Shown one piece after another: positions 20,835 through 30,728 of a DNA stretch of 64,000 nt. The notes beneath the pieces were generated by a model, which did no database searches, was not told the DNA's origin, and saw nothing but the letters and a program-made list of their open reading frames with translations. A program made the position numbers and the translations under genes. This DNA comes from Bacteroidales bacterium (GTDB lineage: Bacteria > Bacteroidota > Bacteroidia > Bacteroidales > M50B96), in NCBI GenBank assembly GCA_021740905.1, contig JAIOYV010000012.1, positions 25,786 through 89,785 of the forward strand, given 5' to 3'. How positions within the stretch are numbered: the first letter of the stretch is position 1; each line of letters begins with the position of its first letter.

Positions 20835-21064
20835 TATTGATAATTAAAAATAGATTCCTATCGACAAAATTAGTAATTTAGGGGGGATTGCAAATGGCCG
20901 GGGTAGGTTGACTTCGAAATTCCAGTCAATTCTTTTCTCAAGCCAACTATTTCAAACCTGGAAAATTCCATTTTCCGTGTTGAATATATCCGTATTATTT
21001 CTATATTGTGTGATTCAATAAACAGCGCTTTCTTTCGTTTGTTGCAAAGTAAAAAGCAAAAGGG

Positions 21065-23122
21065 ATGAACCAATATCAATACACAAATAAAGAGATTAGT
21101 TGGCTGGCTTTCAATGCACGAGTATTGCAAGAGGCGGCCAATCCAAAAGTCCCGTTGGTAGAACGCATGAAGTTCCTCGGGATTTATTCAAATAACCTCG
21201 ACGAATTTTTCCGGGTAAGGGTAGCAACCCTTAAGCGATTTGCCCAGTTGGGGAAAAGCCTGATTAGCATTCTTGAGGATGAGCCTGAAGTAATCCTGAA
21301 GCAAATTGGCGAAACAGTGGTCGAGCATCAGCAGAAGTTTGCCGAAATATACAGTCAGCTTGTGAAGGATTTTGCAAAGGAAAAGGTATTTATCATAAAC
21401 GAAAAAAAACTGAAGCCCTACCACCGCGATTTTGTGCACAATTACTTTGCACAGAAAGTACGGCCAAAATTGTTCCCGGTGATAATCAGCAAAGACACGA
21501 ATATGAATTTGTTGAAAGACGATGCGATCTATCTGGCCGTTGATATGCACCATATCGACGATCCTGCTAAGGAAAAATCTGCCATCGTGAAAATACCCAC
21601 CGGCGAATTGCCACGCTTTTTGCAGCTTCCCTCGCAAAACCACGAAGAATTTATTATCCTATTGGATGATATAATCCGTTTTGGCCTGCCCGAGATTTTC
21701 GAAATCCTGGATTACAAGGTCCGGGGCGCATACACCATTAAGCTAACTCGTGATGCCGAACTCGACATCGACGATGATTTGGGCCAGAGCTATGTGGAAA
21801 AGGTTACTAAAAGCCTTGCCCGGCGCAAATCGGGGGTCCCGGTTAGGTTTGTGTACGACAGGCAAATGCCCGTAGAATTGCTTAAAACAGTGACTAAACT
21901 TTTGAATTTCACTAAAAACGACAAGCCTATTGCAGGTGGCCGCTACCACAACTTCAAGGATTTTATGAGTTTTCCGAATGTAGGCAAAAACCACCTTGAA
22001 TTCGAAACATGGCCAGCCATCCGGCATAAAGACCTGCCCGAACACAAAAGCATAATTTCGTTGATCGCCCAAAAAGATATTTTACTCCATTTTCCCTATC
22101 AACCTTTTAGCCATGTAATTGATCTGTTGCGAGAAGCCGCCCTCGACCCCCGGGTTGTAAGCGTGAAAGTGACCATCTATCGGGTGGCTTTCAATTCGAG
22201 TGTCATGAATGCCTTGATCAACGCCTCGCGCAACGGAAAACAAGTATTGGCTATCCTCGAACTTCAGGCAAGGTTCAACGAAGAATCGAACATTTATTGG
22301 TCGAAAGAACTGGCCGATGCCGGGGTGCAGGTAATTTACGGTGTCCCAGGGCTGAAAGTACACTCCAAAACCATCCTGATCACAAGAAAGGAAGATAAGA
22401 AGATCGTGCGCTACTCAGCCATTGGGACAGGAAATTTCAATGAAGACACGGCACGTGTTTTTAGCGATGTGCTACTTCTAACCAGCCGTCAGGACCTGGG
22501 GCTGGAAGTAGAAAAAATATTCGATTTCTTTTCGAGAAATTACCGGATACCCCGGTTCCAGCATTTGATTGTTTCGCCTTTTAATAGCCGAGCCCGCCTG
22601 GTACGTATGATAAACCAGGAAATGAAAGCAGCCAAAAATGGTAAAAAAGCAGCTTTAATATTTAAGCTCAACAACCTGGTCGATCACCGGATCATCAACA
22701 AGATTTACGAAGCCCATAAAGCCGGCGTGGAAATAAAACTAATTGTCCGGGCCATGTTTTCCTTGATCCCGGAAGTGAAATCACAAAAAATAAAACTGGA
22801 TTGCATCGGGACCATCGACCGCTACCTGGAACATGCACGCTTTTACTACTTTTACAGTGGGGGCAAAGAAAATCTGTTTATTTCCTCGGCCGATTTAATG
22901 AACCGGAACCTCGACCGACGAGTAGAGATCACCTGCCCGATCTTCGACCCCGAAATCAAAAAGCAATTGATCCAGGTAATAAACCTCGAATGGCAGGATA
23001 ACACCCAGGCCAGGGTGCTCGATAATGAACTAATGAACCTATACCGAAAAACGGATTCAGAAAACAAGGTACATGCCCAGAAGGAAATTTATGAGTTTAT
23101 CCGGACCCTTCACGAAGGGTGA
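21065..23122 (+). CDS. ppk1: Polyphosphate kinase 1
   Basis: EISWLAFNARVL, SNNLDEFFRVRVA, LHFPY, ELQARFNEE, KVHSK, SSADLM.RNLDRRVE. Confidence 0.97.
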   Translation: MNQYQYTNKEISWLAFNARVLQEAANPKVPLVERMKFLGIYSNNLDEFFRVRVATLKRFAQLGKSLISILEDEPEVILKQIGETVVEHQQKFAEIYSQLVKDFAKEKVFIINEKKLKPYHRDFVHNYFAQKVRPKLFPVIISKDTNMNLLKDDAIYLAVDMHHIDDPAKEKSAIVKIPTGELPRFLQLPSQNHEEFIILLDDIIRFGLPEIFEILDYKVRGAYTIKLTRDAELDIDDDLGQSYVEKVTKSLARRKSGVPVRFVYDRQMPVELLKTVTKLLNFTKNDKPIAGGRYHNFKDFMSFPNVGKNHLEFETWPAIRHKDLPEHKSIISLIAQKDILLHFPYQPFSHVIDLLREAALDPRVVSVKVTIYRVAFNSSVMNALINASRNGKQVLAILELQARFNEESNIYWSKELADAGVQVIYGVPGLKVHSKTILITRKEDKKIVRYSAIGTGNFNEDTARVFSDVLLLTSRQDLGLEVEKIFDFFSRNYRIPRFQHLIVSPFNSRARLVRMINQEMKAAKNGKKAALIFKLNNLVDHRIINKIYEAHKAGVEIKLIVRAMFSLIPEVKSQKIKLDCIGTIDRYLEHARFYYFYSGGKENLFISSADLMNRNLDRRVEITCPIFDPEIKKQLIQVINLEWQDNTQARVLDNELMNLYRKTDSENKVHAQKEIYEFIRTLHEG

Positions 23123-23220
23123 TTGCACTTTGGCTTCGCCGTCATTCGCTTCGCGTAATTGGTTGTTGTTGGCCTCATGTCATAGATTGTAAATCCTGGG
23201 GAAACTTTCAATAACCACAT

Positions 23221-23290
23221 AATGACAATTGTATGACAATTGAATGACAACCAAACCGCACCCCATCACTCCACTACTCCAATTCCCACT
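23221..23290. repeat. Short tandem repeats downstream of ppk1
   Basis: (a/t)atgacaattg with 11-nt period x3, then ccatcactccactactccaatt (ACTCCA family). Confidence 0.6.
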
Positions 23291-23424
23291 CATGTTCTTC
23301 TGCGATGGCTTTGGTAAAATTGGATGGATTTTGTAGGACACCCCATGTTCCTAAGATTTGACTTTTGTGTAAGTTTGTCAGGTCAATCTGTTTTTTTTTG
23401 AAGAATGACACAAACGACTGAAAA

Positions 23425-24009
23425 ATGGGCAAACTGTTGGTTATCGACAATTACGATTCATTTACCTACAACCTGGTGCATTACATCGAAGAAGCACTTG
23501 GATGTGAGGTTGAGGTGCTACGAAACGATGAAATCGACCTTGAAGAAATTGCCAAGTACGACTGTTTTGTATTATCGCCCGGCCCAGGTCTGCCCGATGA
23601 AGCTGGGATTCTAAAAATCCTTATCCAACGTTTTTATGCTGAAAAAAAAATACTGGGTGTTTGCCTGGGGATGCAGGCCATTGCAGAATGTTTTGGCGGG
23701 AGCTTACAAAATCTCGACCGGGTATATCATGGAGTGGCCACCCCAATAACCATTTTAGCTGATGACAAAGCCCTGTTTGGCGGATTGCCCACTACGTTTA
23801 ATGTTGGCAGGTACCATTCCTGGGTGATCGATAAAAAAGGATTTCCTGCTGAATTAGAAATTACTTCGGAAGATGAAAACGGTTTGATCATGTCCATTCG
23901 CCATAAAAGCCTTCCTATCCACGCCGTTCAATTCCACCCCGAGTCCATCCTTACCGAGCATGGAAAAAAGATGATCTTTAATTTTTTATCTGAAAACGGG
24001 CTTCTTTGA
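23425..24009 (+). CDS. trpG: Anthranilate/aminodeoxychorismate synthase component II (glutamine amidotransferase)
   Basis: IDNYDSFTYNL, SPGPG, GVCLG, RYHS, QFHPES; TrpG and PabA cannot be told apart from motifs alone. Confidence 0.88.
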   Translation: MGKLLVIDNYDSFTYNLVHYIEEALGCEVEVLRNDEIDLEEIAKYDCFVLSPGPGLPDEAGILKILIQRFYAEKKILGVCLGMQAIAECFGGSLQNLDRVYHGVATPITILADDKALFGGLPTTFNVGRYHSWVIDKKGFPAELEITSEDENGLIMSIRHKSLPIHAVQFHPESILTEHGKKMIFNFLSENGLL

Positions 24010-24014
24010 GTAGG

Positions 24015-24070
24015 CTGTCTACAGTCTACAGTCCACAGTCTTCAGTCTTCAGTCTCCAGTTTCGCAGTCG
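24015..24070 (+). repeat. 7-mer tandem repeat CAGTCNN
   Basis: ctgtcta-cagtcta-cagtcca-cagtctt-cagtctt-cagtctc-cagtttc right after the trpG stop. Confidence 0.85.
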
Positions 24071-24229
24071 ACATTATGCATAGACAGCAGCCAATTAGTA
24101 TCACAAAGCGGATTCGGATCAATATTTTCACAACATTATCAATCTCTTAATTTCAGAACTCCTGATCTATCGTAATTTGCGATGTTGCATATAAGACATT
24201 TATTTTTTTTGATCGAAATACTAAAAACA

Positions 24230-24280
24230 ATGAGAGCACGACAAATTTCTCATTTCAAATATCAGATAATTCATTTTTAA
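24230..24280 (+). promoter_or_regulatory. Candidate leader peptide MRARQISHFKYQIIHF followed by a long hairpin
   Basis: A-rich start context (ctaaaaacaATG); atcgaattgatcgaatt can pair with aattcgtttaattcgat downstream; lies upstream of aroB-aroD-aroA. Confidence 0.4.
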
Positions 24281-24468
24281 TCGAATTGATCGAATTTCAC
24301 CTGCCAAAGGCATGAAAAAAATCGTTTAATTCGTTTAATTCGATGATGAAATTTTGTGAGGGATATTTGTTGTTTACTCAAAACAACCCCACCGTAATCT
24401 ATTTTACTAGGTATTGAGAATCGGAAATTGAATATTACTTTTGAAGTTATAAGTTTGGAATAAAGAAG

Positions 24469-25500
24469 ATGAAGGAATTAATCATAGAAGGGAGAAATAG
24501 CCAGTCGCGGATTCTGGTTGGCGAAAAGGTTGCAAACCTTGGAAACTATTTACCAGCTGGAAAGGTAGTGGCCATCACCGACGAAAATGTGATAGCCCTT
24601 TATCCATCGCTTTTTAATGGTTTCGAAACCATTATTATTCAGCCCGGCGAAGACCATAAAAATGGATTGACGGTTGAATCCATTTACAACGACCTGCTCA
24701 TTCTGGAAGCAGACCGTTCCACCTTTGTCGTGGGATTTGGCGGTGGTTTGGTTTGCGACATTGCAGGCTATGTGGCGTCTACCTACATGCGCGGGCTTCG
24801 GTTTGGGTTTGTTTCAAGCACCTTGCTTTCGCAGGTCGATGCCAGCGTGGGTGGTAAAAACGGGGTCAATTTTCAGGGATTCAAAAATATGATCGGTACT
24901 TTTAATCAACCTGAATTTGTACTTTGCGACCCTGCACTTTTAAATACTTTGCCTGAAAAAGAGGTAAGGTCAGGCTTTGGCGAAATCATCAAACATAGCT
25001 TGATTGCTGATTCCGGGATGTTAAGTTTTCTCGAAAAAAACAGGGAGAAGGCTTTATCTTTACATCCAGAGGTCATCGAATATCTTGTTTTCAAATCGGT
25101 AGAAATAAAATCGGCGATAGTAAACCTGGATGAGACAGAAAAGGGCGAGCGCCGGAAACTTAATTTCGGACATACCCTGGGCCATGCCATCGAAAGTTTG
25201 ACGGGCCAGACACATGGCGAGTCTGTGGCTATTGGGATGGTGCTTGCGGCCAGGATTTCAAATTTATATGGGTTGATATCAAGCGAAGAAGTTCGCCGGG
25301 CTGAAAGTTTAATTGAAAGTTTTGACCTGCCAACTACAACCAAGCTTGGATTTGATGCTGTTTTCAATCAACTTACAAAGGACAAGAAACGCGACAACAA
25401 TAATATCCATTTTGTGATGTTAGAAAATTTGGGCAATGCCTCGGTTCGGTCCATCAATCTAAAAGAATTAAGAACTGTACTTGAAAAAATTTGGAAGTAA
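24469..25500 (+). CDS. aroB: 3-dehydroquinate synthase
   Basis: GGGLVCDIAGY, TLLSQVDASVGGKNG, LNFGHTLGHAIE, HGESVAIG, DKKR. Confidence 0.95.
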   Translation: MKELIIEGRNSQSRILVGEKVANLGNYLPAGKVVAITDENVIALYPSLFNGFETIIIQPGEDHKNGLTVESIYNDLLILEADRSTFVVGFGGGLVCDIAGYVASTYMRGLRFGFVSSTLLSQVDASVGGKNGVNFQGFKNMIGTFNQPEFVLCDPALLNTLPEKEVRSGFGEIIKHSLIADSGMLSFLEKNREKALSLHPEVIEYLVFKSVEIKSAIVNLDETEKGERRKLNFGHTLGHAIESLTGQTHGESVAIGMVLAARISNLYGLISSEEVRRAESLIESFDLPTTTKLGFDAVFNQLTKDKKRDNNNIHFVMLENLGNASVRSINLKELRTVLEKIWK

Positions 25501-26162
25501 TGTACAAGGTCGACAACAGGATATGTGTGAGTCTGGGGAACATTTCTTTTCAAGAATGTTTGGTTGCTGTGAAAAAATACCCACTCTGCGAGGTACGCCT
25601 CGATTTGTCCGATTTTTCATTGGCCGAAATTGATGTCATTTTCAAATCTGGAAATAAACTCGTTGCCACTTCCCGGCCCGGGAAACATAGCCATGAAAAA
25701 CGGAAAGAGATGTTGTTGGCAGCAGTTCGCTTGGGAGCGTCCTACGTCGATATCGAATTTCAATCACCCTATCAATTTCAGCAAGACATTATTGTTGAAG
25801 CCCAAAAGAAGCACTGCCAAACCATTATTTCCTATCACAACTTCGAGTACACCCCGGCCAAAAATTACCTGGAGCAAATTGCCCAATCGTGTTTTGATCG
25901 TGGAGCCGACATTGCAAAAGTTGTCTGCCTTGTAAAAGAGGAAAATGATCTTTCAAAATTGTATAAACTGTATGGTTGTTTCAACAAGCTTATTGCTTTC
26001 GGCATGGGCGATATGGGAAAAGAAAGTCGGATTAAATCATTGGAATTGGGAGCAGAATTTTCGTATGCAGCACTTGCACCCAACAAAGAAACTGCACCCG
26101 GACAAATGTGTTTTGATGAAATGAAATCAAAGATCTTAGAATATTTTAATCCAAGCAAATAA
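25491..26162 (+). CDS. aroD: Type I 3-dehydroquinate dehydratase
   Basis: EVRLD, YVDIE, ISYHNF..TP, DIAKV, GMG..GKESR, TAPGQ. Confidence 0.9.
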   Translation: MEVMYKVDNRICVSLGNISFQECLVAVKKYPLCEVRLDLSDFSLAEIDVIFKSGNKLVATSRPGKHSHEKRKEMLLAAVRLGASYVDIEFQSPYQFQQDIIVEAQKKHCQTIISYHNFEYTPAKNYLEQIAQSCFDRGADIAKVVCLVKEENDLSKLYKLYGCFNKLIAFGMGDMGKESRIKSLELGAEFSYAALAPNKETAPGQMCFDEMKSKILEYFNPSK

Positions 26163-27409
26163 TGGAGATTACTCTACATCCATCAAACATTTCAGGCTTC
26201 GTGGAAGCTCCTTCTTCCAAAAGCTATTTTCAGAGGGCCATAGCTGCCGGGCTTTTAGCAAAAGGCACAACCAGGATAGAATACAAAAATCACTGCAACG
26301 ATTCGCAAGCAGCTCTGCGGGTAGCTAAAAACCTGGGTGCCCACATAACCGATAACCCGCCCTATCTGGATATTATTGGAGGTTTCATGCCCTCAGGAGA
26401 TTTGTTGGATTGCGGCGAATCGGGTTTATGCCTTCGTATGTTTTCTCCCATTGCCGCCCTTCATTCGGGTCTTTTAAAACTACATGGATCCGGATCTTTA
26501 TTGCAACGCCCCCAACAACTAATTACCCAGGCTCTCGAACAATTCGGAGTACTTGTTTCTTCCCAGAACGGATTCCTTCCCATCGAAATTATTGGCCCTC
26601 TGAAAGGCCATCGGGCCCTTCTCAATGGCTCGGTTAGCTCTCAGGTCATCAGCGGATTGTTAATGGCCTTGCCAGTAAGCGGATTCGACTCGCTCCTTGA
26701 AATCGAAAACTTGAAAAGCAAACGATATGTCGATATGACCCTTGAAGTGCTGACAGCATTTGGGATTGAGATTGACCGGCAAAAGGAAAACATTTTCAAT
26801 ATTAGAGGGAATCAAACCTACCAAAATTGTCATTTTGAGGTAGAAGGAGATTGGAGTGCATCTGCCTTTTGGATTGTTGCTGCATTAATTTCCGGGGTGA
26901 TGAGTATTGCCGGGCTGAATCCATATAGCCTACAAGCCGATGCTGCTATCATAAATTTAATGACAAAACTCCCGGTTAAATTTGAAATCTCCACCCGGAA
27001 GGTAATTGTCAAAAAATCGACTATCCCTGCTTTTACATTCGATGCCAGCAATTGCCCCGATTTATTTCCACCAATAGTTGCACTGGCCATTTATGCGGAT
27101 GGAATATCCACGATAAAAGGGGTTGACCGATTAATTTACAAAGAAAGCAATCGTGGCCTTTGCCTTCAGCAGGAATTTAGCAAACTGGGAATACGTATGA
27201 ATATCGAGGGCAACTCCATGGTAGTTCATCCGGGGAAAGTGAGGTCAGGAATAGTTTCATCCTGTAACGACCACCGTATTGCAATGGCTTTGGCGGTGGC
27301 GGCAATGGGGGCAGAAGGACCAGTTACCATTGAAGGGATAGAAAGTGTGGATAAATCGTATCCTGAGTTTTTTGAGGAATTGGCGAAATTGACCAATCAG
27401 TCAGTTTAA
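26162..27409 (+). CDS. aroA: EPSP synthase
   Basis: PSSKSYFQR, CGESGLCLR, SSQVISG, EGDWSAS, KESNR, DHRIAMA, KSYPEF. Confidence 0.95.
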   Translation: MEITLHPSNISGFVEAPSSKSYFQRAIAAGLLAKGTTRIEYKNHCNDSQAALRVAKNLGAHITDNPPYLDIIGGFMPSGDLLDCGESGLCLRMFSPIAALHSGLLKLHGSGSLLQRPQQLITQALEQFGVLVSSQNGFLPIEIIGPLKGHRALLNGSVSSQVISGLLMALPVSGFDSLLEIENLKSKRYVDMTLEVLTAFGIEIDRQKENIFNIRGNQTYQNCHFEVEGDWSASAFWIVAALISGVMSIAGLNPYSLQADAAIINLMTKLPVKFEISTRKVIVKKSTIPAFTFDASNCPDLFPPIVALAIYADGISTIKGVDRLIYKESNRGLCLQQEFSKLGIRMNIEGNSMVVHPGKVRSGIVSSCNDHRIAMALAVAAMGAEGPVTIEGIESVDKSYPEFFEELAKLTNQSV

Positions 27410-27449
27410 TTGAAGATTACCAATAAATAAACGAAACCTATCAATCTCT

Positions 27450-30400
27450 CTATTTTATTATCTGTTTCACAATTTTGTCTATCTCTTTCAGTTCCATTTC
27501 CAAATGCTTTTTAATATCGAGCCTGACCCTGCCCAGATGGACACCCTCAATTTTTCTGTCCATGTCAATTTCAGCAAGAAAAGCATTAGCTTTTTCGTGC
27601 GCTGTCTCACCTAATTTTGCCAGTTGAGCATGTTTCCGGTCATTCTCGTCAAACTTCGGGAAATATATATCAAGGATCTTTTTGTGGACATGCCTAGCGC
27701 CAAACAATCCCTTTGCCTGGAAATCCTTCATCATCAGGTTTGGTGCCGTCGAATTGAGAATTGCCGTGAGATAAAACGCTTCGGGCAATGAATTGGTATA
27801 GTATACATAGCTTACACTTTCAACCATAAATTCTAAATCGAAATCGTCCCTCATGACCACTGTCGCATTTGCGTCTTTTGCTGATGAATTGTAAAGCACC
27901 AAATAAGGTGCATATAGGTTTTGGGAGGTCAACCCTCTTTGAAAGTCAAGCCGGTTTACGCTTGACATATTCTTTGATTTCTCAGTTTTATGTATATCCC
28001 ATATTCTTTCTGCAGTTGTAAACCATTTCGAAGCAAACCTGTTTCCTTCCTCCAAAAGTTCGTGGGCCGAACAGATTTTTATTTCCTTTTCGCCCATATC
28101 ATTTTTACCGATGATAATAGGCAATACTACCAGGGTAGGTTTATACAAGGCAAAGGGCAAGATGCTTTTCGCAAGGGCGGTCCGGAAAACAAATTCACTT
28201 TCAATTTGGCCGGAATATTTCAAGCCTTTCCAGGGGGCTTTGGCATCGGCCTGTATGTCTTCCGATGTTTTTATATTAATTACCCTGTCGTCCCAATCGG
28301 GCGGGAATTCCTGGGGCAATTCGACAAAGTAGAAAGTGCGGGGAACAATGGTTGCGCCCTGCTTGAAAAGCTTTTTATAGGGGTTGACTTTGGTTTGGGT
28401 TTTTGTTTTTCGGGTTGAAAAGGCTGTCGATTTTCCCTGTCTCACATAAAACCATTTCTGGCTTTCTTCTTTCAGTTTTGGGATGGCTGTTTCGAGGTTG
28501 CAATTGTGGGCCGGCAGCTTCCCTGAGAAAGAGGTTCCATCGATCCCCGAGGCAGGCAATGCCTTTTTGCCATTTTCTTTATCGGCAAACAAAACACAAC
28601 TGGGGATGCGGAATAGCGGTGAAACACTTTCCATATCCCAAATTTGGGTCAATCGAAACCCTGTGGCTTTCCCGCTTCTTGTGTTGTCGTGATGGTCGGC
28701 GCTGAAAAAACTCCGTGGTAACACGAAAGCAATTTTTCCACCTTCGTTCAAAAAATAACTGCTGCAATAGGCCAGAAAAATGGCTGCAATTTCGAGGTGC
28801 GGAAAATTTGCCACACGCAATGGTTTAATGTTATACGTTTCGGCAAGCTTGTTTAAAAGATCCTGGTACTCTTCGTTTTTAATCGAACTGAAAGTAAACC
28901 AGGGCGGGTTGCCGATTACATAATCGAATTTCCGGCTTAAAAAGTAAGGTTTATACAGATTCTGGACAATGAACTTCCAAATACTGTCCCTGCCTTTTTC
29001 CTTCACCAATTTTAGGGTTTCATAAATCTTATAAAAGTTTTCGATCAACAGTGGTGTCAGCCCACCGTTTATGTACCTGCGCTGTAAATTGTTTTCGAAT
29101 GTAAGCTGGTTTTCCTTCTTCTGGTGCATCGACTGCTCTGCCAGGTCTTCGCACACTTCAAGTGCCTCGTCGAACAAAAGCATGTCTTCAAAAACCTGGG
29201 TGTTCAACCAAAGTTTTTCCTTGTCGATTTGCATGACGAATTCGCTGCCAAACAAGTTTTTTACTCCCTCTGGGGCAAGCAGGGTGTTGGCTAAAATTAT
29301 ATTGAGGTGGATGGCTTTTCGTGAATTTGTGATCTCTTTGCCAAGGGCCAACAACATGGTGGTTTTTGCAATCTGTACACTCAGGGGGTGGATGTCGATG
29401 CCATAAATATTATTGTTGATTTGCTCCACAGTGATGGAGGGATTTGTTTTCCTGATCCTATGGATGGCAGCTCGGAGAAATGAACCGCTACCGCAAGCAG
29501 GATCCAATATTTTATCGCCAGGCTTAAATTCAAACTCGTTGACAACCCTCTCGCAAAGCCAGTCGGGCGTATAATATTCGCCAAGCGAATGGCGGGTGTC
29601 GAGGTCGATCAGTTCCTGATAAACCCCTTTGAGGATATCCTCGTCCACTTGGTTGAAATCGTAAGCCGAAATTTCTTGCGCTATAAGGCGGAACACTTTT
29701 TTAAGGCCACTAGAATTTCGCTTGTTGCCTATCCAATGGAAGAAGTCGTTATCGACAAAATTCTGTATATTGTATTTTTGAAAGATGCTGCCGGAAATTA
29801 TCCCCTTCATTTCATCTTCATCAATGTAATCGTCGTTGCTTACCACCGAATAGGCTAGCATTTTTGAAAATATGCTAAGGTAGGTGTGGATCAAAAAATT
29901 GGTCTCGCTTGCATCGAACGAGCCATAAGCAATGGAAAGGAATTTTTTCCATTGCTCGAACGAAACCTGTACTTCGCCATATTTTTTCACCTCGTTGAAA
30001 TGCCTTATCAGTTCGCGCAACGACTCGATAAAAACATTGCCCTGATGCCCAAACGACTCTTCGATCCGCTTTAAAGTAGCCCTTTGTTTCTGTTCCTTAA
30101 AAAGAAAGCGGTCGATCCAATAATAGAAATCGTCTGCATTGTTTTCGGTAAGAACAAAAAAGGCACTTTCGACCTCATTCAAAATCAATTCATCTTCAGT
30201 CAGGTTTTCGAGTTGCTCCAACTGCGAAATATCGGGGGCATATACTTTCCAGCTAATGCAGTCGGTTGCGATCAATGTAAAATTGTAGCCCTCGCCCGAG
30301 TTGAACTGGCCAAGAAGATAACCCGCTAATTGTTCTTTGGCATTTTTCAATTTAAGCTTTAGGTCATCCTTAAATTCAATTATGATTTTATTATACAGCG

Positions 30401-30620
30401 TGTCAGCACTTCCCTTGTGCAGTTTATCTTTTCGCGGAATATTTAAAACTGTGGTTTCTGAACCTCTTGTTATTTTATCAATTAACCGTTCAATCTCCTT
30501 GTCTCCTACATAAAGTCGGTTGAGCAGGTCTTTGAACGCTTCTTTTTTAGGAGATTCCTTGTTGGCATCCTTTACATTTTTACGAAAATTGTTTATTAGT
30601 TCTGCCCTTGTCGCCGCCAT
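27450..30620 (-). CDS. Single-chain restriction-modification enzyme (type IIG/IIL-like N6-adenine MTase with nuclease and target-recognition regions)
   Basis: N-terminal D-x7-EFK nuclease-like motif, LGEYYTP, LDPACGSGSFL, GIDIHP, IGNPPW. Confidence 0.85.
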   Translation of the reverse strand: MAATRAELINNFRKNVKDANKESPKKEAFKDLLNRLYVGDKEIERLIDKITRGSETTVLNIPRKDKLHKGSADTLYNKIIIEFKDDLKLKLKNAKEQLAGYLLGQFNSGEGYNFTLIATDCISWKVYAPDISQLEQLENLTEDELILNEVESAFFVLTENNADDFYYWIDRFLFKEQKQRATLKRIEESFGHQGNVFIESLRELIRHFNEVKKYGEVQVSFEQWKKFLSIAYGSFDASETNFLIHTYLSIFSKMLAYSVVSNDDYIDEDEMKGIISGSIFQKYNIQNFVDNDFFHWIGNKRNSSGLKKVFRLIAQEISAYDFNQVDEDILKGVYQELIDLDTRHSLGEYYTPDWLCERVVNEFEFKPGDKILDPACGSGSFLRAAIHRIRKTNPSITVEQINNNIYGIDIHPLSVQIAKTTMLLALGKEITNSRKAIHLNIILANTLLAPEGVKNLFGSEFVMQIDKEKLWLNTQVFEDMLLFDEALEVCEDLAEQSMHQKKENQLTFENNLQRRYINGGLTPLLIENFYKIYETLKLVKEKGRDSIWKFIVQNLYKPYFLSRKFDYVIGNPPWFTFSSIKNEEYQDLLNKLAETYNIKPLRVANFPHLEIAAIFLAYCSSYFLNEGGKIAFVLPRSFFSADHHDNTRSGKATGFRLTQIWDMESVSPLFRIPSCVLFADKENGKKALPASGIDGTSFSGKLPAHNCNLETAIPKLKEESQKWFYVRQGKSTAFSTRKTKTQTKVNPYKKLFKQGATIVPRTFYFVELPQEFPPDWDDRVINIKTSEDIQADAKAPWKGLKYSGQIESEFVFRTALAKSILPFALYKPTLVVLPIIIGKNDMGEKEIKICSAHELLEEGNRFASKWFTTAERIWDIHKTEKSKNMSSVNRLDFQRGLTSQNLYAPYLVLYNSSAKDANATVVMRDDFDLEFMVESVSYVYYTNSLPEAFYLTAILNSTAPNLMMKDFQAKGLFGARHVHKKILDIYFPKFDENDRKHAQLAKLGETAHEKANAFLAEIDMDRKIEGVHLGRVRLDIKKHLEMELKEIDKIVKQIIK

Positions 30621-30728
30621 TGAATGTGGTTTAAATCAGCTTCAAAGATAGTGTAAAATGGATATTGAAGGAAAGAAATATTTATACAAACAGGAGAATT
30701 GGACATAACCAAAAGATATTAGGAAAAA

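Noticed and set aside
24015-24070. CRISPR array (also considered for 8231, 18791 and 57881)
   Set aside because: Units are 7-8 nt with no unique spacers, and there are no cas genes.
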